In this document: positions 18,537 through 26,968 of the stretch, in pieces
Layout of the letters: every line of letters begins with the position of its first letter
How positions within the stretch are numbered: the stretch's first letter is position 1
Source of the DNA: Vicinamibacterales bacterium
GTDB taxonomy: Bacteria > Acidobacteriota > Vicinamibacteria > Vicinamibacterales > UBA2999
Direction: 5' to 3'
DNA length: 64,000 nucleotides
Assembly (NCBI GenBank): GCA_041659285.1
Contig: JBAZYO010000005.1
Location: 83,188 to 147,187, forward strand
The notes under the pieces: generated by a model
What the model was told of the DNA's origin: nothing
Seen by the model: only the letters and a program-made list of their open reading frames with translations
The model's database searches: none
Program-made: the position numbers and the translations under genes

Positions 18537-19517
18537 ATGATCATTACGCGAAGTCCGCTCCGCATCACGCTCGGTGGAGGTGGTACCGACCTACCCTCAT
18601 ACTATGGGCAGCACGGCGGCTTCCTGATTGCGGCGGCCATCGACAAGTACGTCTACGTCACGGTGATGCGACCGTTCACGCCGGGCATCTTCCTGAAGTA
18701 CTCAAAACTCGAGCAAGTCGAGCACACCAAAGACGTCCAGCATCCGATCGTGCGGGAGGCACTGGCGCTCTTCGGGAACGGTGCGTCACAGATCGAGATT
18801 ACGACGCTGGCCGACATACCGGCCGGCACAGGACTCGGCTCTTCCGGCAGCTTCACGACCGCGCTGATCCGGGCGCTCTCGGCGTTTCACCGCAAGCCGA
18901 TGCATCCAGACACGCTGGCGGAAACCGCTTGCGATATCGAGATCAACCGGCTGAAGGAACCTATCGGCAAGCAGGACCAGTACATAGCCGCGTATGGTGG
19001 CGTGACCTCGTTTACGTTCCACCCCGACGAAAAAGTTGACGTCAAACCGGTCGGGGTGTCGAGCGATGTGCTCTTCCGGCTTGAAGATCACCTGCTGTTG
19101 TTCTTCACCGGCTATTCACGCAGTGCTGGCAGCATTCTGGCGGATCAACAGACGAAGACCGTCGCCGATGACCAGGTGATGCTGGCGAACCTCCACTACG
19201 TCAAGGAACTCGGCCACCGCAGCCTCGAGGCGATTGAGCTCGGCAACTTGTCGACGTTTGGCGAGTTGATGCACGAGCATTGGGAGCACAAGAAAGCCAG
19301 GTCCGGCGGCATGAGCAACCCGCAGATCGACGAGTGGTACGACCTCGCGATGAGGAACGGCGCGGTTGGCGGGAAACTGGTTGGCGCCGGAGGAGGCGGA
19401 TTCCTGATGTTCTATGCCGATGATGTCCGCAAGCTTCGACTCGCCATGAGCAAGGCGGGCCTGGACGAAGTGCGGTTCCGTTTCGACTTCGAAGGGACCA
19501 AGGTCCTCTTTTCGTGA
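18537..19517 (+). CDS. hddA: GHMP kinase, D-glycero-alpha-D-manno-heptose 7-phosphate kinase-like
   Basis: 'MIITRSPLRITLGGGGTDLPSYY' and 'PAGTGLGSSGSFT' (GHMP motif). The surrounding genes are gmhA, gmhB and hddC. Confidence 0.75.
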   Translation: MIITRSPLRITLGGGGTDLPSYYGQHGGFLIAAAIDKYVYVTVMRPFTPGIFLKYSKLEQVEHTKDVQHPIVREALALFGNGASQIEITTLADIPAGTGLGSSGSFTTALIRALSAFHRKPMHPDTLAETACDIEINRLKEPIGKQDQYIAAYGGVTSFTFHPDEKVDVKPVGVSSDVLFRLEDHLLLFFTGYSRSAGSILADQQTKTVADDQVMLANLHYVKELGHRSLEAIELGNLSTFGELMHEHWEHKKARSGGMSNPQIDEWYDLAMRNGAVGGKLVGAGGGGFLMFYADDVRKLRLAMSKAGLDEVRFRFDFEGTKVLFS

Positions 19518-20221
19518 CGCTTCCCGTAGCCATTCTCGCCGGCGGCCTCGCCACACGGCTGCGGCCCCTCACCGACGAGGTTCCGAAGTCGTTGGTTGAT
19601 GTTGCCGGCCGCCCATTCGCCGAGCACCAGCTCGACCTCTTGCACCAACACGGGTTCAACGAAGTCGTGTTCTGCGTCGGCCACCTTAGCGCCCAGATCG
19701 AGCGCGCCCTTGGCGACGGCGGCCGATTCGGTATGCGGCTGTCATACGTGGACGATGGCCCGGAGCTGGTCGGGACCGGCGGCGCGCTACGTCGAGCGCT
19801 GCCGCGCCTCGGCGAGTCGTTTCTCGTGATGTATGGCGATTCCTATCTCGACTGCGACTACCAGGCCATTGCATTGGCCTTCATGTCGAGCGCCAAGCTT
19901 GGTCTGATGACGGTCCTCCAGAACGAGAACCGGTGGGATCGCAGCAACGTCCGCTTCGAGCGCGGCGCCATTCAGGCGTACGACAAGACCACCAGCGATC
20001 CAGCGTTCAAGCATGTGGACTATGGCCTGGGCGCCTTGCGGGCGGAAGCGCTGTTCCCGTATCCGTCGGACCGCAAGCTCGATCTGGCGCAGGTATACCA
20101 GGACCTCCACGCCCGCGACCAACTCGCCGCGTACGAGGTCCCGGAGCGTTTCTACGAGATCGGGTCTCTTTCCGGCCTCGAAGAAGTTCGAGCCAAGTTA
20201 GCTACGAGGGACGTCTCTTGA
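19514..20221 (+). CDS. hddC: sugar-phosphate nucleotidyltransferase, heptose 1-phosphate guanylyltransferase-like
   Basis: 'AILAGGLATRLRPLTDEVPKSLVDVAGRPF'. GTGA overlap with hddA. Confidence 0.7.
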   Translation: MTLPVAILAGGLATRLRPLTDEVPKSLVDVAGRPFAEHQLDLLHQHGFNEVVFCVGHLSAQIERALGDGGRFGMRLSYVDDGPELVGTGGALRRALPRLGESFLVMYGDSYLDCDYQAIALAFMSSAKLGLMTVLQNENRWDRSNVRFERGAIQAYDKTTSDPAFKHVDYGLGALRAEALFPYPSDRKLDLAQVYQDLHARDQLAAYEVPERFYEIGSLSGLEEVRAKLATRDVS

Positions 20222-20814
20222 CCTACACCGAGCAGCACCTGAAAGAGACGGCCGCGATCGTCGCGCAACTGGATGTGGCCGCGATCGAGGCTCTGGCCGT
20301 AGCGCTGGCCGGCGTGCGAACGCGCGGCGGGCGGGTGTTCTTTCTGGGAGTTGGCGGGAGCGCCGCCAACTGCTCACATGCGGTGAATGACTTTCGCAAG
20401 CTGGCAGCCTTTGAGGCCTATGCGCCGACCGACAATGTTTCGGAGTTGACCGCGCGAACTAATGACGAGGGTTGGGACACGACGTTCGCAGCGTGGCTTA
20501 GAGGCAGTCGTTTGACAACACAGGACGCCGTGTTCGTGATGTCGGTCGGAGGCGGCAGCGTCGAGCGCAACGTGAGCCCCAACCTCGTGCGCGCGCTCGA
20601 GCACGCGCGAACGGTGGGCGCGGCCATCCTTGGAATTGTCGGGCGCGACGGCGGTTTCACGGCAAAGGTCGCTGACGCCGTTGTGGTGGTTCCGACGGTA
20701 AATAGCGAGAACGTAACGCCGCATAGCGAGGCGTTCCAGGCGGTTATCTGGCACCTCCTGGTGTCGCATCCCGCTCTGAAGGTGGGACCGACCAAGTGGG
20801 AATCGCTCAAGTAG
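20218..20814 (+). CDS. gmhA: SIS-domain phosphoheptose isomerase
   Basis: 'RVFFLGVGGSAANCSHAVNDFRK'. TTG 20218 overlaps the upstream stop. The longer ORF start at 19933 is rejected. Confidence 0.8.
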   Translation: MTYTEQHLKETAAIVAQLDVAAIEALAVALAGVRTRGGRVFFLGVGGSAANCSHAVNDFRKLAAFEAYAPTDNVSELTARTNDEGWDTTFAAWLRGSRLTTQDAVFVMSVGGGSVERNVSPNLVRALEHARTVGAAILGIVGRDGGFTAKVADAVVVVPTVNSENVTPHSEAFQAVIWHLLVSHPALKVGPTKWESLK

Positions 20815-21335
20815 CACAACGCGCGGTGTTTCTGGACCGCGACGGGGTTCTGAACGCGGTCGTTATCCAGGATGGGCGGCCCCACCCTCCTGCGACGTTA
20901 GCCGACTTGTCAATCTATCCAGACGTAGCCGACAGTCTGTCCCGGCTGAAGCAGGCTGGATTCGCGCTCGTCGTGGTGACCAATCAACCCGACGTCGCTC
21001 GCGGAGCGCAGACGCGCGAGATGGTGGAGGCGATGAACGCCCAACTGTCGGCCATCCTACCGCTCGACGAAATTCGCGTGTGCTACCACGACGATGTTGA
21101 TGCGTGCTCGTGCCGGAAACCACGGGCTGGCCTTCTCACTGCCGCGCCGCACCACGACCTCAACCGCAGCTTCATGGTGGGCGATCGCTGGCGAGATGTC
21201 GAAGCCGGGCGGAACGCTGGCTGTCGCACCGTGTTCATCGACCGTGGTTATAGCGAACGCCAGCCGGCGGCTGACGCGCGCGTTACTTCCCTGACCGGCG
21301 CTGTCGACTGGATCCTAACAAGAGACGAGGAATGA
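20796..21335 (+). CDS. gmhB: D-glycero-D-manno-heptose 1,7-bisphosphate phosphatase (HAD)
   Basis: 'AVFLDRDGVLN', 'VVTNQP' and Zn motif 'CYHDDVDACSCRKP'. Start uncertain. Confidence 0.8.
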   Translation: MGIAQVAQRAVFLDRDGVLNAVVIQDGRPHPPATLADLSIYPDVADSLSRLKQAGFALVVVTNQPDVARGAQTREMVEAMNAQLSAILPLDEIRVCYHDDVDACSCRKPRAGLLTAAPHHDLNRSFMVGDRWRDVEAGRNAGCRTVFIDRGYSERQPAADARVTSLTGAVDWILTRDEE

Positions 21336-22051
21336 TGAAGAGCTTTGATCAGTTGAACGTCAAGGTGTTTGCGGACGGCGCCGACCTCGACGGAATGATT
21401 GCGATGGCACGCGAGCCGCACATCAAGGGGTTCACGACGAACCCGACACTGATGAACAAGGCCGGCATCAAGGACTACGCCGAATTCGCCCGGGCCGCCT
21501 TGAAGGCAATTCCCGATCGCCCGATCTCATTTGAGGTCTTCTCAGACGAGTTCGACGAGATGGAACGACAGGCCCGCGAGATCGCCTCCTGGGGATCGAA
21601 CGTTTACGTCAAGATTCCGGTAACCAATACGCGCGGAGAGTTCGCCGGACCACTAGTAGCCAGGCTGACTACGGCCGGTGTAAAGGTCAATGTGACTGCG
21701 TTGATGACCGCCTCTCAGGTTCATGACGTCAGCCGGAACCTGACTCCGGGCGTGCCCTCATGTGTGTCCGTATTCGCGGGACGCATCGCCGATACCGGGC
21801 GTGATCCACTGCCGATCATGGTCGATGCTCTGACTATGCTGGCCCCCATCGCCGGTGCCGAGTTGATATGGGCGAGCCCCCGCGAGTTTCTGAATGTTTT
21901 CCAAGCTGACCAGATCGGCTGCCATATCATCACCGTGACCAATGACCTGCTGAAGAAGATCCCACTACTCGGTAAGGATCTGGATTTGTTCTCGCTCGAG
22001 ACCGTCGAGATGTTTCGCCGCGACGCGGTGTCCGCTGGATTCAGCCTCTAG
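21332..22051 (+). CDS. transaldolase family protein (short Fsa/TalC-like type)
   Basis: 'VFADGADLDGM...IKGFTTNPTLM' and 'VYVKIPVT'. ATGA overlap with gmhB. Confidence 0.8.
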   Translation: MMKSFDQLNVKVFADGADLDGMIAMAREPHIKGFTTNPTLMNKAGIKDYAEFARAALKAIPDRPISFEVFSDEFDEMERQAREIASWGSNVYVKIPVTNTRGEFAGPLVARLTTAGVKVNVTALMTASQVHDVSRNLTPGVPSCVSVFAGRIADTGRDPLPIMVDALTMLAPIAGAELIWASPREFLNVFQADQIGCHIITVTNDLLKKIPLLGKDLDLFSLETVEMFRRDAVSAGFSL

Positions 22052-22110
22052 CGCCCCCCACTTTGATTGCCTGTGATACAACCGAACCCTCCCGTCCGGG
22101 GTGTCCTGTT

Positions 22111-22224
22111 ATGGCGTTGTGCGAGCAGTGCGGTTCGATCAGTATCGTCGTCAGGGCCCAGCCCGAATCAGTAGACAAGCTGGTGGCCTTCTTCACCGCG
22201 AAGCGACCGTTCGTCTGTCGATGA
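22111..22224 (+). pseudogene. small zinc-ribbon protein paralog interrupted by an in-frame TGA (frame stays open to 22752)
   Basis: 'MALCEQCGSISIVVRAQPESVDKLVAFFTAKRPFVCR*CGWRGRREW' aligns with the minus-strand ORF 22670..22903. TGA 22222-22224 aligns with an Arg in the paralog. Confidence 0.5.
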
Positions 22225-22457
22225 TGCGGCTGGCGCGGACGCCGGGAGTGGACTGACGAGCAACTAACGGCACTGATGGATTACGGCGCCGGCGGCGCCG
22301 AGCCCGATCCATCGCTAGTGGTGCTGGACGGCGAGACAGGCTCATCGAAAGGAAAGCGGAAGCGCCCGCCACGTCGCAAGGGACGATCGATGGGTGCGAG
22401 CGAAGCCAGCCCCGAAACGTTCGACCTCGCATCGTTGGACCTGGCGATGCGATGTAA

Positions 22458-22616
22458 CTACGCTGCGGTCTGGAACTCGCGTTCGTCCCGATCACCCGTC
22501 ACCACGGTGATTCGGTCGTGTCGTGAGCAGAACGAGAGGATCTTTCCAAGAACCAGTGCCACGGGTATGGACAACACTGTCCAGACCGCCAGGCTCGTCA
22601 GAACGGTGCGAAGCAT
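22458..22616 (-). CDS. small membrane protein (52 aa), hypothetical
   Basis: Not in the ORF track (<60 aa). 'MLRTVLTSLAVWTVLSIPVALVLGKILSFCSRHDR...'. GGGAGG lies 6 nt upstream of the ATG. Directly downstream of the zinc-ribbon gene. Confidence 0.4.
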   Translation of the reverse strand: MLRTVLTSLAVWTVLSIPVALVLGKILSFCSRHDRITVVTGDRDEREFQTAA

Positions 22617-22669
22617 AGAAGGCCTCCCTGCCGGTAATCGGCAGCGAGGTTGGAGACTTGAATACTCCC

Positions 22670-22903
22670 TTAGCTCGGCCTTCGCGGGTCTTTGTCGAGT
22701 GCGAGCAAGTTGGAATCTGACACGTTGGATGCTGTCAAGTCGCTCCGGTTAATCCGATCTTTCTCAGCCCAGGAACGCCGGCCCCGCCACCCGCAGCGTC
22801 TGCATAGGAACGGCTTTCTGCCCGTGAAAAACCTGATGAGCCTGTCGAGCCCCCGCGACCGGGCCCTCACGATATCGATTGATCCGCACGACTCGCACAA
22901 CAC
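22670..22903 (-). CDS. small zinc-ribbon protein, hypothetical
   Basis: 'LCESCGS...FLCRRCGWRG' gives two CxxC pairs. GTG start. Confidence 0.6.
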   Translation of the reverse strand: MLCESCGSIDIVRARSRGLDRLIRFFTGRKPFLCRRCGWRGRRSWAEKDRINRSDLTASNVSDSNLLALDKDPRRPS

Positions 22904-23015
22904 GACGGCTACTAACCCCCTGTGACCCTGCGCCCGCAGGCATATAATTTATTCGACCCCTATCGACCATTTTGTCATATATTGTCGCGTCAATGCGTGT
23001 AGCCGACGCTAAAAA

Positions 23016-23051
23016 TGGTGCCCTGCACGGTCCGCGGGAAGGGTGCCCTAC
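23016..23051. repeat. two half-copies of the GGTGCCCTAC box
   Basis: 'tggtgccctgc' at 23016-23026 and 'gggtgccctac' at 23041-23051, just upstream of the fcl ATG. Confidence 0.6.
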
Positions 23052-23060
23052 AATTCTCTG

Positions 23061-24023
23061 ATGGCAGAAATGACGCCCAACTCCAGAATTTTCGTCGCCG
23101 GCCACCGTGGCCTGGTGGGATCGGCCGTCGTCCGCCGCCTCGAACACCTCGGCTACACGAACATCCTCACCGCCACCCGCGACCAACTCGACCTGCGCGA
23201 CCAGGCGGCGGTGAACTACTGGTTCCGCGCCAACCGGCCGGAGTTCGTCTATCTGGTCGCCGGCACCGTCGGCGGCATCCTGGCCAACTCCACGCGGCCG
23301 GCGGAGTTCATCTACGACAACATGATGATCCACGCCACGGTCGTGCACTCGGCGCACCTGTTCGGCGCGAAGAAGCTCCTCTACCTCGGCAGCTCCTGCA
23401 TCTATCCGCGCAACTGCCCGCAGCCGATGCCGGAAGAAGCGCTGCTGACCGGCCCGCTCGAGCCCACCAACGAGTCGTACGCGATCGCGAAGATCGCCGG
23501 CATCAAGCTGTGCCAGGCCTACCGCAAACAGTACGGCAGCGATTTCATTTCGGCCATGCCCACCAACCTGTATGGCCCGCACGACAACTTCGACCTGACC
23601 AGCTCGCACGTGCTGCCGGCGATGATCCGCAAGTTCCATGACGCGAAGGTGGAAGGCCGCAGCGAGGTCACCATCTGGGGCACCGGCTCGCCGAAGCGCG
23701 AGTTCCTGCACGTGGACGACCTCGCCGACGCCTGCGTGTTCCTGATGCAACGCTACTGCGACGCCATGCACATCAACGTCGGCACCGGTCAGGAAGTTGC
23801 GATTGCCGACCTCGCCGACATGGTCCGCCGCATCGTCTACCCGGCCGCGAAGATCGTCTACGACATCAGCAAGCCGGACGGCACTCCGCGCAAACTCCTG
23901 GATGTCTCGAGGCTGCATAACCTCGGATGGCGCCATCGCACATCGCTCGGTGAAGGGATCGCGGGAACCTACGAGTGGTTCCTCGCCCATCATGCCGAAG
24001 CCCGGGGAGTGGAACGCGTTTGA
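23061..24023 (+). CDS. fcl: GDP-L-fucose synthase-type epimerase/reductase
   Basis: 'RIFVAGHRGLVGSAVVRRL', 'YAIAKIAG' and 'SSCIYP', typical of Fcl/WcaG. Confidence 0.85.
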   Translation: MAEMTPNSRIFVAGHRGLVGSAVVRRLEHLGYTNILTATRDQLDLRDQAAVNYWFRANRPEFVYLVAGTVGGILANSTRPAEFIYDNMMIHATVVHSAHLFGAKKLLYLGSSCIYPRNCPQPMPEEALLTGPLEPTNESYAIAKIAGIKLCQAYRKQYGSDFISAMPTNLYGPHDNFDLTSSHVLPAMIRKFHDAKVEGRSEVTIWGTGSPKREFLHVDDLADACVFLMQRYCDAMHINVGTGQEVAIADLADMVRRIVYPAAKIVYDISKPDGTPRKLLDVSRLHNLGWRHRTSLGEGIAGTYEWFLAHHAEARGVERV

Positions 24024-24054
24024 CCCCACTTGGGGTCAACTGGTAGCCTTGGCC

Positions 24055-24297
24055 ATGGCTGATCTCAAGGTCCGGCAGTTGGACGACCGGGTGGCGAGCG
24101 CACTCAAGGACCGCGCCGGCCGAAAGGGCGTGTCCCTCGAGGAAGAAGTGCGCACGACCCTGGCCGCGTCGGTTGATGCCCGCCGCGCGGCATTCCTCAG
24201 GCGGGCCGGCGCCATTCGGAACTCGAGCGGCGCCAAAGGCACCACGCGCCTCGAGAGCACGCGCCTGATTCGACGCGAACGAGACGATCGTGGCTGA
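24055..24297 (+). CDS. vapB: VapB/FitA-like ribbon-helix-helix antitoxin
   Basis: 'MADLKVRQLDDRVASALKDRAGRKGVSLEEEVR'. Overlaps the start of the PIN gene. Confidence 0.75.
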   Translation: MADLKVRQLDDRVASALKDRAGRKGVSLEEEVRTTLAASVDARRAAFLRRAGAIRNSSGAKGTTRLESTRLIRRERDDRG

Positions 24298-24730
24298 AGC
24301 GGCAGGGGTCGGCGTGCTCGACGCCTCGGTTGCGGTGAAGCTCGTCGTGAACGAGCCTGGCACCCCCGAGAGTGTCGGCCTGATCGAGCAACCCGTCCGG
24401 TGGCTGGCTCCGCGGCTGCTGGTGACGGAAGTCGCTTCCGCGCTTCGTCGCAAGGCGGAAGGCGGAGACCTGTCTCCCCTCCACGCCACGAGTGCGCTGG
24501 CCGCGCTTCTCGACGCCGTTGACGACGGTGTCATCCGGCTGGCACAGGACGAAGAGCTGGCGCCAGCGGCGCTGACCCTGGCGCTGACCCTCGGGCACAA
24601 AGTACCTGACTGTGTCTATCTGGCCCTGGCCGAGCGCGAAGGCGCCGTGCTGGCGTCGGCTGACCGGAAACTGATTGCCGCGGCAAGGAGCCGCGGAGTG
24701 CTCGTCACCGAGGTCCCCTCGAGTTGGTGA
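24290..24730 (+). CDS. vapC: PIN-domain toxin VapC
   Basis: 'VLDASVAVKL' carries the N-terminal acidic residue. 146 aa, paired with the upstream antitoxin. Confidence 0.75.
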   Translation: MAEAAGVGVLDASVAVKLVVNEPGTPESVGLIEQPVRWLAPRLLVTEVASALRRKAEGGDLSPLHATSALAALLDAVDDGVIRLAQDEELAPAALTLALTLGHKVPDCVYLALAEREGAVLASADRKLIAAARSRGVLVTEVPSSW

Positions 24731-24737
24731 AGAACTA

Positions 24738-25469
24738 ATGCCGTTACGAATTGGATTCGATCTCGACGGCACCGTCGCCGACATGTACTCCGCCCTCCAC
24801 CAGGAGGCCCTCAAGCTGTTCGGCGAGGAGGTGCTGGCGCAGTCGGCCTACAAGAAAGCGCCGCCGAGTCCCGACGGCGCCGAGGAAGCGCCGAAAGCGC
24901 CCGAGGACGAAACCAGCGCCACGGCGATGGAAGAACTGCACCTCAACGCCCGTCAGCAGATGCAGTTGTGGGACCACGTCAGGAAGATCGAAGACTTCTG
25001 GACGACGCTGCCGGAGCTGGAGCCGGGGATCATCGCGCGCCTCGCCAAGACCGCGACCGAACGGCAGTGGGAGATCATCTTCCTGACGACGCGGCCGTCA
25101 ACCGCGGGCGAGATGACGCAACTGCAGTCGCAACGCTGGCTCGACGCGCACGGCTTCCGCTACCCGAGCGTGATGGTGGTGCACCGCTCGCGCGGCAAGA
25201 TCGCCGACGCGCTGCACCTCGACGCCTTCGTCGACGACCGCCCCGAGAACTGCCTCGACATCGCGGTGGAGTCGAAGGCCAAGGTGATCCTGCTGTGGCA
25301 CGGCCACCTGAAGGACGTGCCCGCCGGCGCCAGGCGTCTCGGCGTGCGCCCGGTGTCAACCATCTCCGAAGCGCTGGCGCTGCTCGAACAACTGGACGAC
25401 ATCCGCAAGCAGCCCGGCATCGTCCGCACGATCAAGCGCGCGTTTGGCCGCGACAGCGCGGACGTCTGA
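24738..25469 (+). CDS. HAD-superfamily 5'(3')-nucleotidase-like protein
   Basis: 'RIGFDLDGTVAD' (DxDGT) and 'AFVDDRPEN'. ATG 24738 is preferred over the ORF start at 24675. Confidence 0.65.
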   Translation: MPLRIGFDLDGTVADMYSALHQEALKLFGEEVLAQSAYKKAPPSPDGAEEAPKAPEDETSATAMEELHLNARQQMQLWDHVRKIEDFWTTLPELEPGIIARLAKTATERQWEIIFLTTRPSTAGEMTQLQSQRWLDAHGFRYPSVMVVHRSRGKIADALHLDAFVDDRPENCLDIAVESKAKVILLWHGHLKDVPAGARRLGVRPVSTISEALALLEQLDDIRKQPGIVRTIKRAFGRDSADV

Positions 25470-25544
25470 CGCTTACAGCAGCTTTACGAACCCGGTTAGG
25501 GTTCGCTGCGGCTGCCCCGGTTCTACGGGTCGGTCGCTGCGACC

Positions 25545-25640
25545 TCAGCGTGCGTGACAGTGATCCCGGATCGTCAAATGGGACTCCGGCGCCCCCGCCA
25601 GCACGATCAACGCGACCACACCGTAGACCAAGTAGTTCAT
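25545..25640 (-). CDS. 31-aa hydrophobic peptide, hypothetical
   Basis: 'MNYLVYGVVALIVLAGAPESHLTIRDHCHAR'. Its ATG overlaps the stop of the upstream gene (ATGA), and GGAGGTG lies 4 nt upstream. Confidence 0.3.
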   Translation of the reverse strand: MNYLVYGVVALIVLAGAPESHLTIRDHCHAR

Positions 25641-26311
25641 CGCGCACCTCCGGCGTTCAGTTTCCTGGCCGTCGCGGCCGCCCGCATGTTCCGCGACGAA
25701 ACCCAAAAATTGATCGCGGCTTGCATGACCGCCGACCCAACAGCCTTCTCCAGCGAGTGCTTGCCGCTCACATGCACACCGTAGCCCATGAAGGCCGCCT
25801 GCGCGATCTTGAAGGCCAGAATCTCGCGCGGCTTCACGTCGGCGCCGAACAGCTTGTGATAGAACGTGTTGCCCTCTACTACCTTCCCCTGTGGACCCGA
25901 CTGACGCAGCGCGTAGACGGTAGTGAGTCCGTCCGCCAGCGGACCCGCCACGGCCAGCGTGGTGGCCCACCACGGCGCACTGCGCGGCGTGATCGAGATC
26001 GCCTCGGGGGCGATAGGCGTGGCGAATGCGACCAGCCCGGATGGTGACGGGGCCGAAAGAATCGCTTCCGCCGAAACAACCAGCGACGTAGAAGCCGCGG
26101 CCGCGAGCGCCACCTGATGGCCGAGGGATCGGCCCATGATCGGATTGAGTTCGACGACGGCGACGGACATGGCGTTGCGGGTGGAGCTCAGATCCAGGCT
26201 GTCGATCACGCTCGTCCCCTCGTCCCTCGGTGTGGCAGCCGACTGCTGAGCGAACACCGGCGACGAAGACAGAGCTGCCGCAAGAACAGCAAGCATTGCT
26301 GCACGACGCAT
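25637..26311 (-). CDS. secreted/membrane-associated hypothetical protein
   Basis: Signal peptide 'MRRAAMLAVLAAALSSSPVFAQQ'. AGGAG lies upstream of ATG 26311. Confidence 0.65.
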   Translation of the reverse strand: MRRAAMLAVLAAALSSSPVFAQQSAATPRDEGTSVIDSLDLSSTRNAMSVAVVELNPIMGRSLGHQVALAAAASTSLVVSAEAILSAPSPSGLVAFATPIAPEAISITPRSAPWWATTLAVAGPLADGLTTVYALRQSGPQGKVVEGNTFYHKLFGADVKPREILAFKIAQAAFMGYGVHVSGKHSLEKAVGSAVMQAAINFWVSSRNMRAAATARKLNAGGAR

Positions 26312-26624
26312 GATCCGGACTCCTGATTTGGGTGAGCGGTTTGTTGCGAGGCCGCCGTCCACCACGTAATCGGCGGGCCGGACGAACCCTTGACCGTCAG
26401 GGCCGAGTTAGTAGGACTTTGGAACTAGAGGCGCGCAGGGGACGGGGACGGTCGTCGCTCCGCTTCAACGCTGCAAGCGGCGGCATCGCGGTGTACGAAA
26501 GCGAGTCCGGTGCTTTCGAGCAGTTTCTGCTGGACGCGATCTCGGCCTGGCTGGACATGGCAGCGGTGCTTGGGCCGGCCTGCGACGAGCGAATGGAGCG
26601 GCTGGCCAAGTGAGCCCACGCGCC

Positions 26625-26966
26625 TTACAGCAAATCCCTGACCGCTGCCGCATCGACGACGGCGTAGTCGTAGACGAGCGCGGCGTCGGCAGACTCGAAG
26701 AAGCGCTTGCCCAGCTCCAGGTGCCGGGGATGATCCAGATAGACGCGTAGATCCGCTTCGGAATCGAACTCGATGATGGCCGAGTACTCAAAGTGCTCGG
26801 CCATTTGTGTTTCATAGCCCCGGCCCATCAGCAGCCGCCGGCCGATGCGGACGCGACGGATCTCGGGGATGCCGGTGACGGCGACGCGCAAGGCATCGAG
26901 CAGCGCCTCGCGATCCTCGGCGCTCAGCGTCGCGCGCGGCTTCAGGAGGACGACGTGCGCGACCAT
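26625..26966 (-). CDS. Dabb (stress-responsive alpha/beta barrel) family protein
   Basis: 'MVAHVVLLKPRATLS...IPEIRRVRIG...DHPRH'. Starts 2 nt after the stop of the upstream repeat-protein gene. Confidence 0.7.
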   Translation of the reverse strand: MVAHVVLLKPRATLSAEDREALLDALRVAVTGIPEIRRVRIGRRLLMGRGYETQMAEHFEYSAIIEFDSEADLRVYLDHPRHLELGKRFFESADAALVYDYAVVDAAAVRDLL

Positions 26967-26968
26967 CG

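Noticed and set aside
15239-20217. 5' extensions of ORFs 15239.., 16204.. and 19933.. as given in the ORF track
   Set aside because: The extensions overlap the preceding genes for 90-440 nt and are compositionally odd. Internal GTG or TTG starts that overlap the upstream stop codon give proteins beginning at the expected N-terminal motifs.
22222-22224. In-frame TGA of the zinc-ribbon paralog as selenocysteine
   Set aside because: The aligned residue in the paralog is Arg, not Cys. CGA to TGA is a single transition, and no convincing SECIS-like hairpin follows.
22764-24029. 421-aa minus-strand ORF covering the fcl region
   Set aside because: It is antisense to a gene with clear Fcl/extended-SDR motifs. 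Its product is Arg/Gly/Val/Asp-rich with no motif, typical of a shadow ORF in GC-rich DNA.
26332-26613. 93-aa plus-strand ORF whose end ('GIAVYESESGAFEQFLLDAISAWLDMAAVLG') looks protein-like
   Set aside because: It could be a gene remnant, but the N-terminal half is Arg-rich nonsense, there is no start context, and I recognise no family. It cannot be supported.
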